A DNA stretch of 51,774 nt from Euryarchaeota archaeon UBA171 (GTDB lineage: Archaea > Thermoplasmatota > Poseidoniia > Poseidoniales > Thalassarchaeaceae), in assembly GCA_002497295.1 (NCBI GenBank), contig DANO01000027.1, forward strand, positions 4,438-56,211, given 5' to 3'. Numbering within the stretch: the stretch's first letter is position 1; every line of letters starts with the position of its first letter. The translations under genes and the position numbers were made by a program. The notes under the pieces are model-generated. The model was not told where the DNA came from and did no database searches. It worked only from the letters and a program-made list of their open reading frames with translations. This document shows, piece after piece, positions 1 to 8,106 of the stretch.

Positions 1-1263
1 GACGAGGACGACCACTCTGACGACCACGGCGATGGAATGTGTCACAACACGACCACCCATGTGAACTACGAGTCCACCGAAGAGGAGTGCGCAAACGCAG
101 GTCATATGTGGATGGAAGATGAAGACCATCACGACGACGACCACGGCGATGGAATGTGTCACAACACGACCACCCATCAGAACTACGAGTCCACAGAGGC
201 TGACTGTGCATCAGCAGGTCATGTTTGGATGGCCCACGAAGATCACGACCTTCCTGAAATCCATGCGGACCGCGTTGTCCATACACTTTCTTTCCCTGCA
301 GAAATGGTCTGCTATGACATGTCTGCACACACTGTCAATATGTCCCTCACAACCGAATCCGACTGTCAAGCGGCCGGACTCATGTGGACAGATGCTGACA
401 GTGCCCCCAGTGACAACGACCACGGTGACGATGACCACGGTGACGATCACTCAGATGAGGAAGGAGATCACGGCGACCACTCGAATGAAGATGAGCACTA
501 TGAAATGGGAGCACTAGTCATTCACATAGAGGAAGAAGGAGACTATGGGTTCGCCTTACCTGGCCATATAGGATTCTCCATCGTAATGGGGGAGAGCGGC
601 CACGACGACCACGACGACCACGACGACCACTCGGACGACGAGGACGACCATGACGACCACTCGGACGACGAGGACGACCACGACGAGGACGAAGGCGAAC
701 TTGCTGCTGATGATGATGAGGCATTTGAGTACGATCCACACAGCTGGCTCGACCCAGTGTCGTTTAGTGCGCAGCTTAACCTGGTCATGATGCAGATGGC
801 TCTGGCATTCCCTGATGGGGCAGACGTCTTTTCAGAAAATGCAGATACATACAATCTCGAACTCACACAACTTCATCTTAACTTCGAGGAAGCATTTGGC
901 GAGCAGGGTACTTGCGCAACGTCTGGAGTTGACAAAACCATAGTGGCCAATCACAACGCATACTCCTACATTTCCGTGAGATATGGTGTAAACATCCTGA
1001 CTGTCCACGGACTTGACCCTGAAGGCGAACCGTCTCCAGCTGAAGTAGCTGAGGTTGTTGAACACATCAAAGAAGAGGACATAACCACGCTATACGTCGA
1101 AGAGTACACGGATCAGACTGCAGTGCAGAGCATAGTCGAAGAGACCGGTGTCGATATACAGATTCTGTATACGATGGAAATGGCTCCTAGCGACAGCGAT
1201 GATGACTACTTGAGCATGATGAACAAGAATATTCAGAATATGATTTCAGGTATCGGTTGCTGA
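1..1263 (+). CDS. znuA: Zn/Mn ABC transporter substrate-binding protein (ZnuA/TroA family), His/Asp-rich; 5'-truncated by window
   Basis: Frame is open from base 1 (DEDDHSDDHGDGM...). Motifs YDPHSWLDP, ANHNAYSY and EGEPSPAEVAEVVEHIKE; lies upstream of an ABC ATPase and permease. Confidence 0.9.
   Translation, partial: DEDDHSDDHGDGMCHNTTTHVNYESTEEECANAGHMWMEDEDHHDDDHGDGMCHNTTTHQNYESTEADCASAGHVWMAHEDHDLPEIHADRVVHTLSFPAEMVCYDMSAHTVNMSLTTESDCQAAGLMWTDADSAPSDNDHGDDDHGDDHSDEEGDHGDHSNEDEHYEMGALVIHIEEEGDYGFALPGHIGFSIVMGESGHDDHDDHDDHSDDEDDHDDHSDDEDDHDEDEGELAADDDEAFEYDPHSWLDPVSFSAQLNLVMMQMALAFPDGADVFSENADTYNLELTQLHLNFEEAFGEQGTCATSGVDKTIVANHNAYSYISVRYGVNILTVHGLDPEGEPSPAEVAEVVEHIKEEDITTLYVEEYTDQTAVQSIVEETGVDIQILYTMEMAPSDSDDDYLSMMNKNIQNMISGIGC
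22..393 (+). repeat. Intragenic Cys/His/Trp repeat module in znuA (two close copies, 117-nt period, plus one diverged copy)
   Basis: gaccacggcgatggaatgtgtcacaacacgaccacccat occurs at 22 and 139. Protein units MCHNTTTHxNYESTExxCAxAGHxWM; third unit MVCYDMSAH...DCQAAGLMW at 304-387. Confidence 0.9.
601..690 (+). repeat. Coding tandem repeats (9-nt cacgacgac x3, then 30-nt unit about x2) encoding a His/Asp tract
   Basis: Seen directly; encodes HDDHDDHDDHSDDEDDHDDHSDDEDDHDED. Confidence 0.9.
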
Positions 1264-1307
1264 ACGCCTTCGACAGGATGACGCTTCGAGGAGATTGGGT
1301 GAATGAT

Positions 1308-1406
1308 ATGACAGACATCATCCCAATTCTCTTCGTGGGTTTAGTTTACTGCCAGTTGATGATTTACCTGGGTTACGAGTATATCACAGGGAAGTCGGAA
1401 TCGTGA
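1308..1406 (+). CDS. Small single-TM membrane protein (32 aa) inside the metal ABC locus
   Basis: MTDIIPILFVGLVYCQLMIYLGYEYITGKSES; GGTGA SD-like motif just upstream; alternative in-frame ATG at 1278; too short for the ORF track. Confidence 0.55.
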   Translation: MTDIIPILFVGLVYCQLMIYLGYEYITGKSES

Positions 1407-1472
1407 CTTCCGGTAAATCGCCATCCAATATGTTCTTGAAACTATGAGATCTTCACTGTAGGGGGGGGTCCA

Positions 1473-2243
1473 ATGGAAAAACAGATCCTCGATGTTTGCG
1501 ATCTGTCGGTTGTCCGTTCAGGGAAGGTCATAATCAGGGATGTCTGCCTCACGATAAATGAGGGAGAATTCGTTGCAATCGTAGGACCTAACGGCGGTGG
1601 AAAGTCCACTTTCCTGCTCGCAATCCTGGGCCTGCTCAAAACACGAAGTGGAACCATCGAGATATATGGCCACCCTCCGATGTCTAGGAAGCTTCATAGA
1701 AAGATTGGCTGGGTTTCGCAAGCAGCCTCACATCTTCCGAAGGACGTCAAAATAACAGTCCGTGAGTTGGTTAAACTGGGCACTCTGCACTCAGGTAACA
1801 TGTTTGACTTTGACGAAATTTTCGGTATTCCTGTTCCAATCCTGAATACCGGTAGGAATGAAAAGGTCAACCAGGCTATTAGAATGACGGGTTTAGAGGC
1901 AGTCCAGAATACTCCGGTTGCAAGATTGTCCGGCGGGCAGAGGCAAAGGGCCGTTATAGCAAGAGCACTGGCAACAGAATCCGATTTTATTTTACTTGAT
2001 GAGCCGCTGGTTGGAATAGATCCAGAATCAAGAAATTCCCTACTAAAACTACTAGACCGGTTGTGCCACGAGCAGGGAAAAACAATCCTGATGGTTTCAC
2101 ACGACCTCACCGCCATGTCCAGATCAGCACACAGAATAGTCTTCCTAGAAGAGACAATCAGATTCGATGGACCAACGTGGTCATTCCCGGATATGGATAA
2201 GCTAGCCGATCTAAGAGGTATAGCAAATGTCCATGGGGATTGA
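1473..2243 (+). CDS. znuC: Metal ABC transporter ATP-binding protein
   Basis: Walker A GPNGGGKST, signature LSGGQRQR, Walker B ILLDEP, H-loop VSHD. Confidence 0.92.
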   Translation: MEKQILDVCDLSVVRSGKVIIRDVCLTINEGEFVAIVGPNGGGKSTFLLAILGLLKTRSGTIEIYGHPPMSRKLHRKIGWVSQAASHLPKDVKITVRELVKLGTLHSGNMFDFDEIFGIPVPILNTGRNEKVNQAIRMTGLEAVQNTPVARLSGGQRQRAVIARALATESDFILLDEPLVGIDPESRNSLLKLLDRLCHEQGKTILMVSHDLTAMSRSAHRIVFLEETIRFDGPTWSFPDMDKLADLRGIANVHGD

Positions 2244-2296
2244 TACTAGAAATCAATTATGAAGAAGGGGGATTTTGTTTGGGAATAGGCGTAATA

Positions 2297-3205
2297 ATGC
2301 TTGATCTGACATCCCCTTATCTCGAATGGATTGGACCAATGATGCCCGGCGAGGTATTCCCATACTTCTTCACAATGGAAATGTTTCAACGTGCTCTATT
2401 GGCAGCAATGGCTGTAACAATCGTATCTGGCTTCTTAGGAAGTTTCCTCCTGATTCGAAACCTATCTCTTATTGGAGACGGACTCGCTCACGTTTCATTC
2501 GGCGGCGTCGCAGTTGGAATCGTGCTTGGATCGACTTCACCACTTTGGTATGCGCTCCTATTCAGCACTATATCTAGCATCTTGATCTACGAGATGCAAT
2601 CGAGAGAAATACTAACTGGCGATGCATCCATTGCCATATTTCTAACTGGGATGTTGGCGTTTGGATTGGTTCTACTCCGGATATCAGGCGGAGGAATAAC
2701 CTTGGATGTCGAGGGATATTTGTTTGGGAATCTCCTCTTAATCGATAGTGCCGATTTAGATATGATCATCACGATTTCACTCATATCTTTCTTCACCTTG
2801 ATCTCAATCCACTCAGCATTGTTAGCAACAACAATTGATCCGCTCGCTGCAAAGATACAGGGACTCCCTGTGAGAGGTATCGGACAGATTTTCAGTGTCG
2901 TAACTGCGATGGTTGTTGTGAGTATGGTACAAGTGGTGGGTACGTTACTAGTAACTGCTCTGTTAGTCACTCCTGCCGCTACTGCTCAACTGATTGGACG
3001 TAGTTTCAGGTCCTGCCTCGTCTTGACGCAAATCTTTGGCTTTTCTTCAGTGATTTTGGGTCTCTACCTCTCTGCAGAAATGGATACTGGCACAGGTTCA
3101 ATGATAGCTCTTGTTTCAGCAACGATCTTTGCAGCGGTCGCAATTAGTAAAATAATAAGATCATATACATCTGGAATGCGTATTTACTCACGCAACGAAG
3201 CTTAA
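2297..3205 (+). CDS. znuB: Metal ABC transporter permease (ZnuB/ABC-3)
   Basis: SLIGDGLAHVSFGGVA, YLFGNLL and VGTLLVTALLVTPAATA motifs; multi-TM. Start uncertain (ORF open from 2240). Confidence 0.9.
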   Translation: MLDLTSPYLEWIGPMMPGEVFPYFFTMEMFQRALLAAMAVTIVSGFLGSFLLIRNLSLIGDGLAHVSFGGVAVGIVLGSTSPLWYALLFSTISSILIYEMQSREILTGDASIAIFLTGMLAFGLVLLRISGGGITLDVEGYLFGNLLLIDSADLDMIITISLISFFTLISIHSALLATTIDPLAAKIQGLPVRGIGQIFSVVTAMVVVSMVQVVGTLLVTALLVTPAATAQLIGRSFRSCLVLTQIFGFSSVILGLYLSAEMDTGTGSMIALVSATIFAAVAISKIIRSYTSGMRIYSRNEA

Positions 3206-3804
3206 ATTTCGCAATTTGCGATCAACTTACTGACCACTACTCCTTCTGAGTTGGCCATTCCACATTCGATCAAATCTCCAGGGTACATTCTTCCGACTCC
3301 CTCCGGCGTCCCAGTCCAAATGTAATCCCCGGGACTAATGCCGTACCAATCTGTCAATGTATCAAGGAGCTTGTCCACACTGTGCACCATTAGTTCAGTG
3401 GATTCGTTCTGACGAGTTTCACCATTTACAGACAGCATCAATTTCTTCGGCCTTGGATCCCACTCTGTCCAAGTGCCCAATACAGCAGAACCAATGAACG
3501 ACTTACCTTCTAGCCAAGGCCAAGATTTCTCCTTCGCAAGGCCCTGACGAGTCCTATTTGTCGTATCACATCCGATGCACATTGAAGCAGGGCGAAGATC
3601 GTCTCCAAGACGAATAACAAGCTCGACCTCATGGTCTATGTGATCTGACGGATCCCCTAAGCGAATAATGTTGGATCCATCCGAATTGGATTCAACGTGA
3701 CTGGAGCTGGGCATTAGGAAGAATCGGGGATAATCGGCCACGTCTCCCCCTATTTCCTTTGCATGTTCAACATAGTTTCTGAATACGGCCCAACCGAGAG
3801 GCAT
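3202..3804 (-). CDS. Fumarylacetoacetate hydrolase family protein
   Basis: RNYVEHAKE, IDHEVEL, PWLEGKSF and PGDYIWTGTPEGVG motifs. Confidence 0.88.
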   Translation of the reverse strand: MPLGWAVFRNYVEHAKEIGGDVADYPRFFLMPSSSHVESNSDGSNIIRLGDPSDHIDHEVELVIRLGDDLRPASMCIGCDTTNRTRQGLAKEKSWPWLEGKSFIGSAVLGTWTEWDPRPKKLMLSVNGETRQNESTELMVHSVDKLLDTLTDWYGISPGDYIWTGTPEGVGRMYPGDLIECGMANSEGVVVSKLIANCEI

Positions 3805-3880
3805 CGGTTCAACGTAAAGCTGTCATTTATTCATGCCTTCGCTCAAGAGAATTCAAGTTCACCCCCTCCCAGACTTGCAC

Positions 3881-4813
3881 ATGTCTGGGGACCCATATGC
3901 AGTCCTCGGAGTAGCCCGGGATGCTACCGATGCAGAGATCAAGCGTACGTACCGCAGACTAGCAAGACAGCACCATCCCGACAGGAATCCCGACGACGCT
4001 GCTGCCGAGGAGAGATTCAAATCGATACAGTCAGCATATGACAACATAGGATCCCCCGAGGCCCGTCATCGTTATGATGAGGCCCAGAGGATGGAGGACT
4101 TCTTCAAGAATGGAAGGAAGCAAAAAAATACAGGATTCCAAGGATTTGAGATGCCGGACATAATTTCGCAGATGTTCAATGCCTCAAGACCGGCATCGGA
4201 AACTCCTCAAAATAGATCAGGAAGATCGGTCGAACGTGGTTCAGACATCAGGTCCGGCATAGATATGCCATATTCCGACGCTGAGGCCGGGTGCGCGATT
4301 GAATTCGACCACCAACGCCTCAAGACATGCCCAAAATGCGAGGGATCTACCTTTGGTACGACACGCACATGCGGGGGTTGTGATGGAAAGGGCGTTCGCT
4401 CCAGAAGATCGACTATCACAGTCAAGATTCCTCCCAATTCCAAGCACGGTCAAAAAATCCGAATGAAAGGTCTTGGCCATGACCATCCACGAGGCAATTC
4501 AGGTGATTTGATACTTACAATACGAATAGATGCCGAAGAGGGCAGGAAATGGGAGGGTGGACGACTAATACAGACCGTCAAGATTCCATATAGTACACTG
4601 ATTCTTGGAGGTAAATGCGACATACGCACTCCAATCGGGAGATCAATCAGAATAGAGGTGATGCCTGGGACGCAGATAGGGGATCGAAGACGAATACCCG
4701 GGATGAGTTTCAATGGAGCAGATCTAGATATAGAATTCTCTTTGGAGGACAGGATAAACCTGACAGAGTCTCAGAAAGAAATACTTGAGAGACTGAGGAA
4801 CGAGGGCCTCTGA
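3881..4813 (+). CDS. DnaJ-family co-chaperone (J domain, two CxxC repeats, C-terminal substrate-binding domain)
   Basis: DPYAVLGV...HHPDRNP J domain; CPKCEG and CGGCDGKG; VKIPPNSKHGQKIRMKGLG...GDLILTI. Confidence 0.88.
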   Translation: MSGDPYAVLGVARDATDAEIKRTYRRLARQHHPDRNPDDAAAEERFKSIQSAYDNIGSPEARHRYDEAQRMEDFFKNGRKQKNTGFQGFEMPDIISQMFNASRPASETPQNRSGRSVERGSDIRSGIDMPYSDAEAGCAIEFDHQRLKTCPKCEGSTFGTTRTCGGCDGKGVRSRRSTITVKIPPNSKHGQKIRMKGLGHDHPRGNSGDLILTIRIDAEEGRKWEGGRLIQTVKIPYSTLILGGKCDIRTPIGRSIRIEVMPGTQIGDRRRIPGMSFNGADLDIEFSLEDRINLTESQKEILERLRNEGL

Positions 4814-4857
4814 AGCCCTTACAACGCCTCATAAGTACAGGACACTGCCCTCTTCTC

Positions 4858-7800
4858 GTGCGTGACTTCTCGATTATAGCAGACCGTATGGTTTCTGATA
4901 GCAATCGCGTACACGCGGCAGTCATCGTCATCACGGCACTGATGATACCCGGTTTCCTATCCTCCCTCACGCCAATAGACATCGAGGCATACAACATGGA
5001 TTCCCCAGAACTCGAGGCGAACGATGTAATGAGGGAGGAATTTTCCGGAGCAGGAAACATATGGGGATTCGGAATATTCGTTCGTTCTATGGAAGAAGTC
5101 GGAAACACGCCATCAGAGATCTCGATGACTGAACCGTTCCCCGGCGTCTCTCAAGGAATAGAGGAGCCAACTGGAGGCATACTCAACCTCTCAATACTTA
5201 GGGAGGCGGATATGAAGGCGAATATCCTGAAAAATCACGATGTATCTCGATATTACCTGAATTTCTCTTCCGATATCTCTGGAATTCCACTAAAAGGCGT
5301 TTTAGATCTTCCAAATGAGTTCAGGGTCTTCATGGATAATCGTTCTCTGGTTACAAGAGATCGAATCAACCCATTCTCCCTCCAGTGGGAGATAGCACCC
5401 ACTAACTGGACCGACTGCGGAGAATTAGACTGCCTATCTTTTGATGACCCACTACTCACACAAGCACATATCGACCTTGCCGCACACAGAATGGCGAATC
5501 ATACCAGGGGATCATTCCTCAGATATCTATCAGTGGACCGAACATTCGAACCTGATCCTACCAGCCCGGTGATCGGCCCATATGGGGGCGTATTGAATGA
5601 AGATGGAACAATAGAAGCCGAAGAATGGGGACCAGGACGGTGGACAGCCAGCTCAGTATGGATGATACTCAATCTCGATCGACAGAATATGGCGGATAAT
5701 GGTTGGACCTTCGCATGGATAGACGCTAGACCAGAGTTTGGTTTTGATCGAGAAGGACTTTCGTTCAAAACGGATCCAATACAATACACGATGGATCAAT
5801 GTGAACTTGAAGCCCAACAAGATCTAGATCCATGCTCCGTTGAGTGGTTGTATCTCGCTGTAGAGGAAGAACTCAGATCTACAGATGAAGAAGTTGTAAC
5901 AGTACTATTGGGCGAAGGCCCAAATGTCGAGATAAACCGCGAACTCCTCTCTAGCTCCTTTCTCGTCGGCGTCATGGGTTTAGTAGTCGTCTTCCTGCTA
6001 TGGATGAGTTTGAGGAGAGTCTCAGATGTCATTATCGTTGGAGTAGGCCTCTCACTTTCTCTACTATGGATGCAAGGGTCGATAGGGTGGCTTTGGATTG
6101 CAGGAGAGAGATTCGGCTTCGAGATTATAGCAAGATCGCAATTCTCCAACTTACTCCCTATCCTGGTTTTAGCACTTGGTATTGACGATTCCCTCCACGC
6201 TCTTCACAGGTACAAGGAAGAAAGACGTAATGGGGCCACTCTTGAGCAATCTGCACATATATCGATATCAAAAGTAGGCCGAGCAATCATGCTAACAAGC
6301 TTCACCACTATCGTAGCTTTCCTCGCTAATCTATCGTCAGACATCGCTGCTTTGAGATCCTTCGGGATCGAAGCCGGTCTTGGGGTGCTCTCGGCATTTT
6401 TGCTTACAGGCCTGTGGGTGCCACTTCTCAGATTGGATTATGATCTAGCTCTCAAGAAGCGAGATAGACTGGAAGAGGAAAGGACCGACATACTACATTT
6501 GGTCCCAAGCCACTGGCTTTCATCAACGACATTCACATCTTATTCGAAAGCTCCCATTGTAGGTCTTTTGACAGTACTTCTGACTGTGCTGGCACTAGGT
6601 CCAATGTTCAGTCTAGAGGGTGATTTTCAGATTGATGATTTCCTCGATCCAGATTCTGATTTTGCGAAGGGAGTGAATTTGGCTAGTGAAAGGTTCGGAG
6701 ATGGAGAACCGGGCTACATATTGGTGGAAGGAGACATTGCGAATCCATTAGTGATTGAAGCCATAGAGGAACTCAGACTCAATATCAATTCCCACGGCGA
6801 AGGAGATCCAGATCAAATCTCAAGAACGCCCACAGGCCAAGCCGAGTTAATCGCCCTCGATCATATAGTTCTTGGAACAAAGGCAGCGATGGCTTGGAAT
6901 ATAACCCCGTATGAAGAGAAAGGCTGGAATCCGTTGCTCCCCGATGGGGGCGTTGGTTGCAATACATCATTCGTCTACAATCCATTTGAAGGGAAGTCAG
7001 TAAGATTGCCCGATCTCGATGACCGTGAATGTCTGGTCTTCATCTACGGATACGTTCTGAATTATGGGGTCCCTGCTAGCGGCGGTTATCCTGAAATCCC
7101 TGCACCACTTATAACTGAATTTATCCAGACGGAAGACGAATTAGATCCAGACGCCCACTGGCTCACCATAGATGGGGAGATGCCATCATACACTCGCATG
7201 TCTATGAGATTTGGCTTATCAGATCCAGAGCAGTTCCCGCTTATCGAACCCGCTCTTGAGCAGTTGATTCAAGATATGACCCCCTTCAGAAATCTATCAA
7301 TTGGCCCCTTACATGAAAGAGGATCAATCTCACAAGCACTGGAAGATGAACAATATCCCGTGTCATGGGCCATACCGACGGGCGATCCAGTAGTCCGTTT
7401 CGTTGCAGCAGATGGAATGCAAGATCAGATGCAAGGAACGCTGGCGCTTGGAATTGTTGCATGCATGGCCACTTTGTGGTGGGGATACCGCCCGGATGGA
7501 AAAGTCATTCAGAGATTTAAAATGCGCCCAAGTAGGAACGATGTGATCCAATCACTTGTTATTTCTTCGGTTTTCACAGTGATATCATCCACAGTAATTG
7601 GTTGGAGCTACGCACCAATCCTTTTCACAGCCTCAATCCTAGCATGTTCGGTATGGGGCCGAATAGCATTCTTCCTCTCTTTCGCAACCACCCTGCCCAT
7701 AGCAGTGGTGATAGTGTGGCTGTATGCTCTGATTGAAGTTGCAGGATATGGCCTCAATATGATCACTGTTTCAATCGCTGCGATATCTCTTGGTGTGGGT

Positions 7801-8106
7801 ATAGATTACGTGATCCATGTAGTTGAGAGATACAGGGAGGAGATGGAGAAGGGAGAAGCCGACCCGCATGTGGCCATCAAAGCAGTGGGTGGAGCTTCTG
7901 GAATAGCACTGGTGGGATCAGCTCTCTCAGATATAGCCGGATTCCTCGTAATCATGCAGTCTTCGATGGGCTTCTTCTCAACATTCGGATTGTTTTGTGC
8001 CATCATGATTGGATTGGCTCTCGCTGCAAGTATGATTCTCACGCCAGTCACACTTCGCATTATGCAGCCGTCTCTGATGGCGGAAGAGCCTGCTCGTCAT
8101 GTCTAA
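4858..8106 (+). CDS. MMPL/RND family transporter
   Basis: Two TM halves with LGIDDSLHALHRYKEE and LGVGIDYVIHVVERYREE, each preceded by a large extracytoplasmic domain. Confidence 0.88.
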   Translation: MRDFSIIADRMVSDSNRVHAAVIVITALMIPGFLSSLTPIDIEAYNMDSPELEANDVMREEFSGAGNIWGFGIFVRSMEEVGNTPSEISMTEPFPGVSQGIEEPTGGILNLSILREADMKANILKNHDVSRYYLNFSSDISGIPLKGVLDLPNEFRVFMDNRSLVTRDRINPFSLQWEIAPTNWTDCGELDCLSFDDPLLTQAHIDLAAHRMANHTRGSFLRYLSVDRTFEPDPTSPVIGPYGGVLNEDGTIEAEEWGPGRWTASSVWMILNLDRQNMADNGWTFAWIDARPEFGFDREGLSFKTDPIQYTMDQCELEAQQDLDPCSVEWLYLAVEEELRSTDEEVVTVLLGEGPNVEINRELLSSSFLVGVMGLVVVFLLWMSLRRVSDVIIVGVGLSLSLLWMQGSIGWLWIAGERFGFEIIARSQFSNLLPILVLALGIDDSLHALHRYKEERRNGATLEQSAHISISKVGRAIMLTSFTTIVAFLANLSSDIAALRSFGIEAGLGVLSAFLLTGLWVPLLRLDYDLALKKRDRLEEERTDILHLVPSHWLSSTTFTSYSKAPIVGLLTVLLTVLALGPMFSLEGDFQIDDFLDPDSDFAKGVNLASERFGDGEPGYILVEGDIANPLVIEAIEELRLNINSHGEGDPDQISRTPTGQAELIALDHIVLGTKAAMAWNITPYEEKGWNPLLPDGGVGCNTSFVYNPFEGKSVRLPDLDDRECLVFIYGYVLNYGVPASGGYPEIPAPLITEFIQTEDELDPDAHWLTIDGEMPSYTRMSMRFGLSDPEQFPLIEPALEQLIQDMTPFRNLSIGPLHERGSISQALEDEQYPVSWAIPTGDPVVRFVAADGMQDQMQGTLALGIVACMATLWWGYRPDGKVIQRFKMRPSRNDVIQSLVISSVFTVISSTVIGWSYAPILFTASILACSVWGRIAFFLSFATTLPIAVVIVWLYALIEVAGYGLNMITVSIAAISLGVGIDYVIHVVERYREEMEKGEADPHVAIKAVGGASGIALVGSALSDIAGFLVIMQSSMGFFSTFGLFCAIMIGLALAASMILTPVTLRIMQPSLMAEEPARHV

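Noticed and set aside
601-690. Short direct repeats as a possible CRISPR array
   Set aside because: No unique spacers; unit lengths are multiples of 3 and encode the ZnuA His/Asp tract; no cas genes in the window.
543-866. Poly-Ser and poly-Val antisense ORFs over znuA
   Set aside because: Shadows of the GAC/CAC-rich sense strand.
1461-1468. G8 tract (also C8 at 25151-25158) as a phase-variation site
   Set aside because: Both sit a few nt before a start codon and read best as G-rich ribosome-binding sequences; length variation cannot be seen in one sequence.
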